Origin: an uncultured Chloroflexia bacterium | Lineage (GTDB): Bacteria > Chloroflexota > Limnocylindria > Limnocylindrales > CSP1-4 | Assembly: GCA_963709605.1 (NCBI GenBank) | Contig: CAVPWX010000015.1 | Location: 72,684 to 136,683 of the forward strand | DNA: 64,000 nucleotides | Reading direction: 5' to 3' | Part shown: positions 1 to 9,169 of the stretch, in pieces | Layout: each line of letters begins with the position of its first letter | Numbering within the stretch: the stretch's first letter is position 1 | Program-made: the position numbers and the translations under genes | Notes under the pieces: model-generated | Told to the model about the DNA's origin: nothing | Database searches by the model: none | The model's input: the letters and a program-made list of their open reading frames with translations, nothing else

Positions 1-1
1 G

Positions 2-532
2 CTCTCCGGGGGCCAGAAGCAGCGCCTCTCGATCGCGCTGGCGCTGGTCGGCGATCCTCAGCTGGTCTTCTTCGACGAGCTGACCAGCGGGCTCGATCCC
101 CAGGCCCGCCACGCAACCTGGGATCTCGTCCGCGACGTGCGAGCCAAGGGGAAGACGGTCTTCCTGACGACGCACTACATGGAGGAGGCCGAGCGGCTGT
201 GCGACCGCGTCATGATCATCGACGCCGGGCGGATCGTCGCGCTGGACACCCCCGCCGCGCTTGTCCGTGCTCTCGGTGCCGAGCAGCGGATCGCCTTCAG
301 TGCGGACGGAATGGCCGACGAGGTCCTCGGGGCGCTGCGGGCGACCCCCGGGGTGGAGCGCGTCGAACGGTCGGGCGGGCGCGTCGTGGTGTACGGGCGG
401 TCTGACCAGCTCCTGTCGCCGATCCTGGACGTTCTCGAGGAAGCGCACCTGTCGTTCCACGATCTGCAGACCGAGCAGCCGAACCTCGAGGACGTCTTCC
501 TGGCCCTGACCGGGCGAGAGATGCGGGACTGA
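2..532 (+). CDS. ABC transporter ATP-binding protein, C-terminal part (5' end lies outside the window)
   Basis: The reading frame is open from base 2. It reads LSGGQKQRLSIALALVGDPQLVFFDELTSGLDP (ABC signature plus Walker B), followed by the H-loop region TTHYMEEAERL. An ABC-2 permease starts 15 nt downstream. Confidence 0.9.
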   Translation, partial: LSGGQKQRLSIALALVGDPQLVFFDELTSGLDPQARHATWDLVRDVRAKGKTVFLTTHYMEEAERLCDRVMIIDAGRIVALDTPAALVRALGAEQRIAFSADGMADEVLGALRATPGVERVERSGGRVVVYGRSDQLLSPILDVLEEAHLSFHDLQTEQPNLEDVFLALTGREMRD

Positions 533-546
533 GGGGCGCGACGGCC

Positions 547-1296
547 ATGTCGATGCGCGGACTGCCGATCCTGGCCTGGACGCATGCGAAGCTCTACCTG
601 CGTGAGCCCATTGCGACGTTCTTCACGGTCTTCTTCGCCCCTCTCATGCTCGTCCTGTTCGGGCTCATGTACGGCAACGAGCCGAATGAGGTCTTCGGTG
701 GCCTTGGGTCCATGGACGTCACGGTGCCGGCCTACCTGGGGATCATCATCGTGACGGTGGGCCTCATCGGCCTGCCCATCCAGACGGCGGTCAACCGTGA
801 GCTGGGCATCCTGCGCCGCTACCGGGTCACCCCGCTGCGCCCCCTGACCTACATCGTCGCCGACGTGACCTCCTACTGGGTCATGGCGCTGGTCGGCGTG
901 GTGGTCCTCGTCGTCGTCGGGAAGCTGGCGTACGACGTGCGGTTCGAGGGCAGCATCCTGAGCGTCCTGGCCGGCTTCACCCTGTGCACCCTGGCGTTCC
1001 TCGCGATCGGGTTCGTGATCGCGAGCTTCGCTCCCTCGGCGCGGGTCGCCCAGACGGTCGGGATGGTGGTGGCCTACCCGATGATGTTCCTGAGCGGGGC
1101 GACGATCCCGTACGAGCTGCTCCCGCCGACGGTCCAGCGGATTGCCGACTTCCTGCCGCTCACGTACGTCGTCAGGCTCATGCGGGGACTCTGGGTCGGC
1201 GAGCCATGGTCCGACCTCTGGCTCGAGGTGGGCGTGCTGACCGGCATCCTCGTTGTCTGTGGAGCCGTCTCGGCGCGATTCTTCCGCTGGGAGTAG
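547..1296 (+). CDS. ABC-2 type transporter permease
   Basis: 249-aa ORF with about 6 hydrophobic segments and a typical ABC-2 layout (e.g. YPMMFLSGATIPYELLP). It is tightly linked to the upstream ATPase. Confidence 0.85.
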   Translation: MSMRGLPILAWTHAKLYLREPIATFFTVFFAPLMLVLFGLMYGNEPNEVFGGLGSMDVTVPAYLGIIIVTVGLIGLPIQTAVNRELGILRRYRVTPLRPLTYIVADVTSYWVMALVGVVVLVVVGKLAYDVRFEGSILSVLAGFTLCTLAFLAIGFVIASFAPSARVAQTVGMVVAYPMMFLSGATIPYELLPPTVQRIADFLPLTYVVRLMRGLWVGEPWSDLWLEVGVLTGILVVCGAVSARFFRWE

Positions 1297-1347
1297 GGGC
1301 ACATCCGCCTTGCTCGGCGCCGGGTCCACCACGTGATTCCCCGCGAT

Positions 1348-1527
1348 ACCACATCGGGCAGGTCGGGCCGTTTGTCACTCGCCAACCCCGCTCACATCGG
1401 TCAGCGTCCCCTCAGCGGGAGGCTCTGACACGCGGCCCATGCCCAGGCCGCCGGGACCGCGCCGAGCCACCGGCGAGACCGAGCAGCGGAGACGCGTCCC
1501 GAGGCAAGCCTGAGTCGGGAGGGATCG
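1348..1527 (+). repeat. Copy 1 of a ~180-nt paralogous leader element (copy 2 is at 8993..9169); ends at the start codon of the downstream gene
   Basis: Manual alignment with 8993..9169. The first 60 nt are about 88% identical (ACCACATCGGGYAGGTCGGGCCGTTTGYCACTCGCCAA...CACATCGGYCAGCGT) and the whole element is about 70% identical. Weaker similarity extends about 40 nt further upstream. No credible ORF is present. Confidence 0.55.
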
Positions 1528-2937
1528 ATGCGAGCCACGTCCTCTGGCCGGCGCCGATTGGGCGTCGGTCTGTCCCTTTCCCTGGCGGTCGCCCTCCTGA
1601 TGACGGTTGTCGCGCCTGTCGGTGCCGCCACGGTGGGCGCCTCCTGGCAGGCGAAGGTCGGCAGCACCGGGGCGAATGGAACGGCGACGATCCAGGCGTA
1701 CACGACGGGGTCGGGGTCGCTCGCCCTCAAGCTCGCCAAGCTGAAGGCAGCCACCTACTTGCCCGTCACGCTCTCGAAGGGGACGTGCGCGTCCGTCGGG
1801 TCGCGGCTCATCACGTTCCCGGCGATCAGGACGACGAGCTCCGGCGCTGCTGTCCGGACGTCGAGCCTCACGGTCGCCCAGGTGACGAAGCTCAAGGCCG
1901 CGACGACGGGCACCGGGAAGATCGCCATCCGGGTCGGCAGCAGCACGACCGGCGGCACGAAGTGCGGCGTCTTCACGGTCCTCTATGCGCCGATCGGCAT
2001 CGTGATTCCGGCGGGATGGCCGGACGTGGCCGCGTTCCAGACCGCCCTCAAGACCGCCCCGTATGGCGCCCGGATCCTGGTCAGCCGGGACTCCGCCACG
2101 GAGAAGGCGGCTGTCGAGGCGTTGATCCGACAGGGCATCAAGGTCCTGATCCTCACGCCACAGGGCAGCGCGGCGGCCGCGGCGGCCGCCGATGAAGCCA
2201 GGTCCGCCGGCGTCAAGGTCATTGCCAATGACCGCCTGATCCTCGACACCGTTGCGGTCGACTACTACGTGACCTTCGACTGCCTGGCGGTGGGCGCGGC
2301 CCAGGCCCAGTACCTGATCGACCGAGCCGGCGGGACGAAGGGCAACAATCTGTACCTGTACGCCGGCAATGCCGCCGACAACAACTCCTTCGTGTTCCTC
2401 GAGGGTGCCTGGGAGAAGCTCCAGCCGAAGATCTCCGACGGCACGTTCGTGATCCGGAACTCGAGCGTGGCCGTTGGTTTCCAGGGCAGCCCCACCCTGA
2501 CCCATGACCAGCTGGCCCAGGTCATCGCCCAGGTCACGACGAACTGGGACTTCAACACCGCCCGGACCCTCGCCGCGGGCAACCTGGCGGCCCTGCCCGC
2601 GGCCGCCAAGGGCACGGCCTTCGTCCTGGCCCCCAACGACACCACCGCCCGCGCGATCGGGGAAGCCTTCGCGGCCGACAAGGACGTGACGAAGGCCTGG
2701 CTGACCGGCCAGGACGCGGAGAAGGCGTCCGTCCAGGCCATCATCAACGGGACGCAGGGGATGACCGTCTTCAAGGATCCCCGTGCGCGGGTGAAAGATG
2801 CCCTCGCCACCGCGGCGACCTTCCTGCGGGGCGGCACGCCGGTCGCGACCACCACTGTCAACAACGGCGTGATCGACGTCCCGAGCAAGCTCCTGCCGAG
2901 CGTCACGGTCACCAGGACAACGTCCAGGCGGCCCTGA
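1528..2937 (+). CDS. Secreted ChvE/xylose-type sugar-binding protein (periplasmic binding protein family) with an extra ~140-aa N-terminal domain; apparent C-terminal frameshift
   Basis: GGGAGGG RBS and a signal peptide (RRRLGVGLSLSLAVALLMTVVAPVGA). The C-terminal 320 aa resemble multiple-sugar-binding proteins (DYYVTFD, LTGQDAEKASVQAIINGTQGMTVFKD). After ...SVTVT the family-typical tail QDNVQAALIDTGYYKASDF... continues in another frame to a stop at 2994-2996. This implies a 1-nt loss near 2911-2913. Confidence 0.8.
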   Translation: MRATSSGRRRLGVGLSLSLAVALLMTVVAPVGAATVGASWQAKVGSTGANGTATIQAYTTGSGSLALKLAKLKAATYLPVTLSKGTCASVGSRLITFPAIRTTSSGAAVRTSSLTVAQVTKLKAATTGTGKIAIRVGSSTTGGTKCGVFTVLYAPIGIVIPAGWPDVAAFQTALKTAPYGARILVSRDSATEKAAVEALIRQGIKVLILTPQGSAAAAAAADEARSAGVKVIANDRLILDTVAVDYYVTFDCLAVGAAQAQYLIDRAGGTKGNNLYLYAGNAADNNSFVFLEGAWEKLQPKISDGTFVIRNSSVAVGFQGSPTLTHDQLAQVIAQVTTNWDFNTARTLAAGNLAALPAAAKGTAFVLAPNDTTARAIGEAFAADKDVTKAWLTGQDAEKASVQAIINGTQGMTVFKDPRARVKDALATAATFLRGGTPVATTTVNNGVIDVPSKLLPSVTVTRTTSRRP

Positions 2938-3020
2938 TCGACACGGGCTACTACAAGGCCAGCGACTTCACCGGCTCCTGGCCGGGCAAGCCGTAGTCCG
3001 ATCCGCGGCCTGGCGTGCGC

Positions 3021-3125
3021 GGATAGCCGACCCGCCACATGCAGCCTGGAGGGCCGGGACGGCTCTGCGTAACAGCACCGTGCTCAGGAGCCCGAGCCAA
3101 ACCGGTCCAGTTATCGTGTCGTCAC
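3021..3125 (-). repeat. Degenerate copy A of the tRNA-Gly 3'-half plus 68-nt arm repeat
   Basis: Aligns with 6150..6245 and 8820..8916 (gacccgcCacatgcagcCtggaGggccgggacggct.tgcgtaacagca.cgtgctcagg.gcccgagc...cagttatcgtgtcgt). The acceptor-side end is eroded. Confidence 0.7.
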
Positions 3126-3255
3126 CATTGGCGCCACGGCCAGCCAACCGCCGCGCCATGCGGTGTCGGCTCAAGCTCGAACCCGTGGAAGCAGTTCGCA
3201 CTGATCCTGGCGACGCGCGCCTCCGTGAGCATCCGCTCGAAGGGACACTCCCGGA

Positions 3256-4263
3256 TCAGGCGTCGGCCAGCGCTGCCCTGAGCGCCGGGATGACGGTGGA
3301 CCCGTATGCTTCCAGCTGCGCCTCCTCGTCCCCGCTCATCAGGTAGAGGTTGAACTGGTCGACGCCGACCCTGCTGAGCTCCCTGAGCCGTCGCACGTGT
3401 TCCTCGGGCGGGCCGACGATGGCGAAGCGATCCACGACGTCGTCGCTCACGGACGCAGCACTCGACGAGCCGAACTCGCCGTGGCGGCGTTCGTCGTTGC
3501 CCTCGCGACCTCGGATGTAGCCGGTCAACAATTCGGGCAGTTGATCGGCTGGATACCTGTTCACGAGGTCGACGACGTGACCGCTGACGAGGCCCGGGAA
3601 CCAGCGCACATGCTCACGGCACTCCTCGATGCGGCCCACGTGCGCTGGGGCCGCGGCCTGGACCTTGATCGATGAAGGATCCCGGTCGGCTGTTTCGGCC
3701 GCATCTCGCATGAGGCCGACCATCCAGCGGATCAGATCCGGATCCGCCAGCTGGAGGATCAGGCCGTCGGCGATGCGGCCGGCCATGGCGAGCGCCATCG
3801 GACCGTACCCGGCGATCCATGTGGGCAGCTGCCAACCCTTCGCCCAGGGGAGGCTCAGGTCAGCGCCCTCGTACTCGGTCGATCGGCCCTCGACGAGGTC
3901 GCGGATGACCGTGGCCGCATGCTCCAGCATCTTCATCGTGGTGGGAGGCTTGCCGAGCGAGCGGACCGAGGCGTCGCCGCGGCCGATGCCGAGGTCCATA
4001 CGGCCACCCGAGATCTCTTCGAGCGTCGCGAGAGCGCTCGCCGTCACGCTCGGGTCTCGCGTGGCCGGGTTCGTCACGCAGGTGCCGAGGCGCATGTGCG
4101 TGGTGTTGATGGCCATCAGCGTGAGAAGCGGGTAGACCTCCCTGAACGGCAGGTGATTGTCGAAGAGCCAGCCGTAGCTGAACCCGGCGGCCTCCGCCTG
4201 CCTCGTGAGCGCGACGAACCGTTCGGTGTCGTGGTCAGGCTTGAGCGTGAATCCGAAGTCCAT
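3256..4263 (-). CDS. LLM-class (luciferase-like) F420/flavin-dependent oxidoreductase
   Basis: 335-aa ORF. It reads MDFGFTLKPDHD...GFSYGWLFDNH...LGTCVTNPATRDP...GGRMDLGIGRGD, typical of methylene-H4MPT-reductase-like LLM proteins. Confidence 0.85.
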   Translation of the reverse strand: MDFGFTLKPDHDTERFVALTRQAEAAGFSYGWLFDNHLPFREVYPLLTLMAINTTHMRLGTCVTNPATRDPSVTASALATLEEISGGRMDLGIGRGDASVRSLGKPPTTMKMLEHAATVIRDLVEGRSTEYEGADLSLPWAKGWQLPTWIAGYGPMALAMAGRIADGLILQLADPDLIRWMVGLMRDAAETADRDPSSIKVQAAAPAHVGRIEECREHVRWFPGLVSGHVVDLVNRYPADQLPELLTGYIRGREGNDERRHGEFGSSSAASVSDDVVDRFAIVGPPEEHVRRLRELSRVGVDQFNLYLMSGDEEAQLEAYGSTVIPALRAALADA

Positions 4264-4427
4264 GGCTCGCAGCCTACACCGCGGCCTGCGCTCGACCAGA
4301 CGCCATGCTGTCCGCCCGCATCAGTCGTCCGCCGAGACCCTGGAGGCTGCATGTCGTGCTGGGCCAGCCCCCGGCCCTCCCCCAGGTGCCGGTCACGCCG
4401 GACTCTTCTGAGGCTGAGTGTCGCGCG

Positions 4428-5936
4428 TCAGAAGGTGACCGACACCTCCTCCGAGCACGCGCCCCCATCCGTCTCGCAGATTCGGTAGACGTAGGTCCCG
4501 CCGCCCACCCGGCCGATGCGGTCTGTGTAGGACCCATCATTGTCGGTGGTCGTGACGACGACGCCGTCCCGGTACACAGCCACCTGGCTCCCGTCGGCGC
4601 CACTCCAGGCGAGGTCGACGTACCACACCTTTCGCACCACGTACGGATTCGCCGCGAGGGTGATGCCCCCGGGGGGCGGCTCCACCCCGCCACCACCGCT
4701 GGCCGCGAAGGCGTCGACGAGGCCGTACCCGTACTGCGGGTCGCGTCCGGATGTCCCGAGATCGACGGCCGTCGCCGCCAGCTGCTCACGGAGCTCGTTT
4801 GCGACCCCGTACGCCCCGTCGTCATCGCTGAGCACGCCCGCGGCGAGCACGAGGGCGGCAGCGCCGGCGACGTGCGGCGCCGACATCGAGGTTCCCGACC
4901 CGAACTTGTAGTGGCAGTCGAGATCCCCGTCGCCGTCGCCGTCCTCGCACACCGGCTGCGGATCCAGGTAGCTGGCGCTCATGTCGCTCGGCCAGGTGGA
5001 GAAGACGCTGACGCCGGGCGCGCTGAGCTCCACCGCGGCGCCCGTGGAGGACCAGCACGGCCGCACGTTCGCGCTGTCGATGGCGGCGACGGCAATGACG
5101 CTGGCGAAGAGCGCAGGGTAGGCGACGTTGCTTCCCTTGCCGGCGCAGTTGCCGCTGTTACCGGCGGCGGCGACGAGCAGGATGCCGGCTTCGTACGCCC
5201 GTTGCATCGCCTCCTCCGCGATGCTCGAGTAGTCGCCGCGCCCGATGCTCATGTTGACGACGACGGCGGTCGGGTTCCCGTTGTTCCAGATGTCGTCGAT
5301 CGCCGCGATGTGGCGGCTCCAGGCGCCTACGCCGTCCGCATCGAGCGTCTTGTAGGCGATCACGGTCGCTTCCGGCGCAACGCCAACCACTCCGGTTTCC
5401 TCGCCGTGCAGCGCGGCTGCCACGGTCCCGGCGACGTGCGTCCCATGCCCGTAGTCATCGTCGGCGTTCTGCGTTTCCGTCACGTAGTTCCAGCCATGCT
5501 CGCAGTTCACCGCGAGCTCGAGGTGGTCGCAGTCGATGCCGCTATCGATCACCGCCACGCGCACCCCGGCTCCCAGGTTGCCGGTGGCATGGACCTCGTC
5601 GGCCCGCACGTGCGCGATGCCCCAGTCGTGAGTCGGCCGGTACTCCAGGGCATAGAGGAGGGAGTCGGGCTCGACGACCGCGACGCGCGGGTTGCGCGAG
5701 ATGCCCGCGAGCGCAGCCTCCGGCACGGTCGCGGCGACGGCGGGGACGATCCCGAACGAGCGGGTGACGTCGGCGCCCAGACCCCTCAGACCGGCAACGT
5801 CGGCTGCTGTCGGAGGAGCTGTGAACCGGATCAGAACCGGAACCCGCTCCATCGATGCACCCAGCACGGGTGCAGGCATGAGCGTCGTGATGAGCATCGC
5901 CGTGGCGACGACTGCCAGACACCGACGACCAGACAT
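4428..5936 (-). CDS. Secreted S8 (subtilisin-family) serine peptidase with a C-terminal beta-sandwich domain
   Basis: Catalytic triad contexts VAVIDSGID, HGTHVAGT and GTSMSAPHVAG. The start is chosen at MSGRRCLAVVATAML (signal peptide), which has a GGAGG RBS upstream. The longer track ORF reaching 6248 runs through repeat copy B. Confidence 0.88.
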   Translation of the reverse strand: MSGRRCLAVVATAMLITTLMPAPVLGASMERVPVLIRFTAPPTAADVAGLRGLGADVTRSFGIVPAVAATVPEAALAGISRNPRVAVVEPDSLLYALEYRPTHDWGIAHVRADEVHATGNLGAGVRVAVIDSGIDCDHLELAVNCEHGWNYVTETQNADDDYGHGTHVAGTVAAALHGEETGVVGVAPEATVIAYKTLDADGVGAWSRHIAAIDDIWNNGNPTAVVVNMSIGRGDYSSIAEEAMQRAYEAGILLVAAAGNSGNCAGKGSNVAYPALFASVIAVAAIDSANVRPCWSSTGAAVELSAPGVSVFSTWPSDMSASYLDPQPVCEDGDGDGDLDCHYKFGSGTSMSAPHVAGAAALVLAAGVLSDDDGAYGVANELREQLAATAVDLGTSGRDPQYGYGLVDAFAASGGGGVEPPPGGITLAANPYVVRKVWYVDLAWSGADGSQVAVYRDGVVVTTTDNDGSYTDRIGRVGGGTYVYRICETDGGACSEEVSVTF

Positions 5937-6131
5937 GGCTCCCCTCCATCCTATGGCGTCACCGCCGGTCACCGTCATAGGGGGCCGCTGGCGCGAGACG
6001 TCCGCCTCATCTGCGCGTTGCACGCAGTCAGCCCTTAAATCGACGGCGAGGCGGGAGGCGGCGTCAAGTGCCAGACAGCCTGATCTGAACCGCGACACAG
6101 CCTGCGTGTCGCCAGGGAGATCAAAGGGGGT

Positions 6132-6245
6132 TGGAGCGGGAGACGGGGATCGAACCCGCGACATGCAGCTTGGAAGGCCGGGACGGCTATGCGTAACAGC
6201 ATCGTGCTCAGGGGCCCGAGCGGAAGTGTCAGTTATCGTGTCGTG
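6132..6245 (-). repeat. Copy B of the tRNA-Gly 3'-half plus 68-nt arm repeat
   Basis: Bases 6132-6178 are identical (47/47) to the 3' part of the tRNA-Gly gene at 11207-11253, covering the CCA end, T arm and anticodon loop. The next 68 nt are shared only with copies A and C. Confidence 0.85.
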
Positions 6246-6569
6246 CAAAGGGGAGTTTGAGCGCTCTTAGCATTAGGTCAAGATGAGGTAGGTTGCAGTG
6301 GAAGGGGACAGAAGCATGAAGGTCAGCGTGTTCGACTGGATGGGCTGAACGACTGCACCTAGGCTGGACAATGGGAGTAGGCGAGAAGCTCAGACACGAG
6401 GGCTTTGCAAGGCGGCAGGGACGGCGCAGAGCCCCTGGTGAGTTCCAGCGGCCGCGATGATATTAGAGACGAAGGCCTCTAGACGAGGACCGGAAATACG
6501 TCCACGACGGGATCGACCACCCTTGGCGGTCGATGCAACAGTTGGCGATCGGGCGAGCCTCTCTCTGGT

Positions 6570-7116
6570 ATGACGGGTTTAAAGACGGCCACGATGTCGA
6601 TGACCGCGGCGCTGCGGCAGGCAGTCGCGGGGGACGAGGCCGCGTTCGCCCGGATCGTGGCGACCTACCACGCGGACATGATCCGAGTCGCCTACGGCAT
6701 CTGCGGCGAGCCGGACCTGGCCCTCGACGCGGTGCAGGCGGCCTGGCTGATCGCCTGGCGGAAGCTGCGAACGGTCGGGAACCCGAGCGCTCCGGTCGTG
6801 GCTCGTGGCGGTGGCCGCGAACGAGGCTCGCCACGACGGTCCGACGCGGCGCATCGGGGCTCGGGTGGTCGAGATCGAGCTCGATGATGCCGGACAGCGG
6901 CGCGCCGGACCCTGCCGATGACGATCGGGCGGGTGGACCTGGTGAACGCCCTGCGCCACCTCAAGGCCGGACGAGCGCTCGCTCATCGCGCTGCGCTACG
7001 GGGCCGAGCTGCGACTCGAACGAGATCGGGCCGCTGCTGGGCATCTCGGCCTCGGGCGTGCGCGCACGACTGCTCGGCTCATGGGCCGCCTGCGAAAGGA
7101 GCTCGACGATGGCTGA
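6570..7116 (+). pseudogene. ECF (sigma-70 family) sigma factor, disrupted by several frameshifts
   Basis: Region 2 is intact (EAAFARIVATYHADMIRVAYGICGEPDLALDAVQAAWLIAWRKLRTV). The remaining pieces lie in different frames: LRSWLVAVAANEARH..., VDLVNALRHLK..., ...SLIALRYGAEL, SNEIGPLLGISASGVRARL and MGRLRKELDDG*. Confidence 0.7.
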
Positions 7117-8584
7117 GCTCGACGTCTTCGAGGATCGCTTCACGGCGGCCTATCGCCGGTACCTCGACGAGGTCGCCGACGGAGGTGGAGCCGCGAGGTC
7201 GCGCGGATCGTCACCGCCGCGCACCCGGCCGGCCACGGGCGGGCGTCTGGCCCGGCGCTCAGGCCGGCACCCGCGTTCGCCTGGCTGGTGCTGCTTGCCC
7301 TGCTGCTGGCCGCCTGGGCGCGGCCGCCTTCTTCGTTGGCTCGCAACGGTTGCAGAGGCTCCCGGCTGTGATACCGCCCGTCAGCAGACTGCACCACGCG
7401 GCACGCACACCACGTGAGCGAAGGCCGTACGTCGCGCGAGCGCAACGGGAACACACTGCGCGATCAGGATGGACGGCACTCGAATGCTGGGGCAGCAACT
7501 GGTACGGCGAGGCGACGGGCCAAAGGCGATGGCACTACATCGCGTGAGCGCAAGCGCGAGGGGCACACTGCGCGATCGCACAACGGGACGCTGGCTGCTG
7601 GGGCTGGAACCGTATGGCAGGCGACTCCGCCAGCGGCACCTACCTCGGTGAGCGCGGGCTGGCATCACACGTGCGCGATCAGGACGGACGGCGCCTCGAG
7701 GCGAGGAGAAACGGCGACGAGACGACGCGCGTCCGGGACATACGTGCGTTGGTGCGGGGTTTGGCATACCTGCGCATCCGCGACCGACGGGGCGCTGTCC
7801 TGCTGGGGGCTTGAGATGGCCAGGTTGAACACGCCGGCCGGCACCTACGTTTTCGTGGACGCCTTCAGCCAATGCGCGATTGGACTGACGGGACGCTTGC
7901 CTGCTGGCGTCGGCATCGACGAGCCGACGCCACCTCCCGGCACCTATGTCGCCGTGAACGGAGAGTGGAGCAGACGCTGCGCGCTCGGCACCGACGGGAC
8001 GCTGACCTGTTGGGGCCCCGAGGCATCGCCTCCGCCCGCCGGCACATTCACCGCCTGACCGGCGACTTGCCAGATTGGGAGGCCTGCGCGATCCGGACCG
8101 ACGGGAAGCTCACGTGCTGGGGCGTCGACTGGATCGCGAAGACCGATCCCGGTGGCTGGATAGGGCCCCCTTCGCACTTGATGCCGACATGCGCAGCATC
8201 GTCCCCGCTTCCGAGGTCCCGGGGATCGTCGCGGTACGTCGAGTTCGGGTCGGTCGGGTCGGGCTGCAGCGTCATCATGCCGGCGACGACCTTCTCGGTC
8301 AGAGCCATCCACTTCGCAGCGAACCTTGAGCGCGAGGTGCGGGCGGGCGAAACCGTGACGTCACGCTGTCGGTGGAGATGGCGACTTGCTCGTAAGAGCC
8401 GGCGTCCCGGACGTTCGACGTGCAAGGCGACTGCGTAGGCGGACTCCTGTACTGGGCCTACGCTGCCCCGCCCTGGAGTGAGCTGTCCGCCTTCCCGATC
8501 TCCTGGACGACCGGCCACTACCGCCTGGACCTCTCCGCGGGCGGGAAGGTGCTCGCACAGGGCGAGTTCGACGTCGGGCCCTAG
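7109..8584 (+). pseudogene. Degraded anti-sigma-like / RCC1-like repeat protein gene(s)
   Basis: The start MAELDVFEDRFTAAYRRYLDEV overlaps the sigma factor stop. A TM-like segment (AFAWLVLLALLLAAW) follows in another frame. At least 5 copies of the motif GTY..V....HTCAIRTDG.L.CWG are scattered over all three + frames. The terminal fragment ...ISWTTGHYRLDLSAGGKVLAQGEFDVGP* ends at 8584. Confidence 0.55.
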
Positions 8585-8801
8585 CGGGGGGCCGGCCCCG
8601 GCTCGGCACCGGCCGGCCCGCTCTCCTTGCGGGATGAGAGGCGCACCGGACGTCCGATGGTCGATTGTCCTCAGGAAGTGAACCGTGGCGGCTCCGAAGG
8701 TCGCCGTTGAGCGTTGCAGCACGCGATTCGGCGACATCGACCGGTCGCCGAGAGGGCCGGTCCGCGCAGGCTGCGTGTCGCCCCGAGCACGAACAGGGGA
8801 A

Positions 8802-8916
8802 TGGAGCGGGAGACGGGGATCGAACCCGCGAAATGCAGCTTGGAAGGCCGGGACGGCCATGCGTAACAGCACCGTGATCAGGGGCCCGAGCGAAGGTGTC
8901 CAGTTATCGTGTCGTG
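8802..8916 (-). repeat. Copy C of the tRNA-Gly 3'-half plus 68-nt arm repeat
   Basis: About 94% identical to copy B over 115 nt, with one mismatch to the tRNA core. The sequence just below it (cccgagcacgaac) also resembles the sequence just below the real tRNA. Confidence 0.85.
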
Positions 8917-8992
8917 ACGACCGACGGCAAGCCCCCGCGGGGCTGGCTGCCAACCTCGCTCGACGCCTTGTCCATCAGGTGGTTGCCTGCGC

Positions 8993-9169
8993 ACCACATC
9001 GGGTAGGTCGGGCCGTTTGCCACTCGCCAAGCCGGCCCACATCGGCCAGCGTTTCCTCTGCGAGAGGCGATGAAACGCGGTTCAACCCCTGGCCGCGTGA
9101 CCGTGTCGAGCCACTGGCGAAGCCGACCCGCCGATCGCGCCCCGAGGCGAACGCACGAACCGGAGACAG
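8993..9169 (+). repeat. Copy 2 of the ~180-nt paralogous leader element (copy 1 is at 1348..1527); ends at the start codon of the downstream gene
   Basis: See copy 1. Two small hairpins are kept in both copies through C-to-U changes that give G-U pairs: GCGGCC/GGCCGC versus GCGGTT/GGCCGC, and CGCCG/CGGCG versus TGTCG/TGGCG. Confidence 0.55.

Noticed and set aside
6132-6245. The tRNA-fragment copies (also at 3021 and 8802) as functional tRNA, tmRNA or split-tRNA genes.
   Set aside because: No sequence complementary to the 3' acceptor strand (GCGGGAG) and no D arm is present in the 68-nt replacement arm. The anticodon stem is only partly retained. No tmRNA-like tag region or alanine-type acceptor is present.
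5937-6248. An N-terminal extension of the S8 peptidase ORF back to 6248.
   Set aside because: The extension runs through the tRNA-fragment repeat copy B and has no signal peptide. The Met at 5936 has a GGAGG RBS and begins a typical signal sequence.
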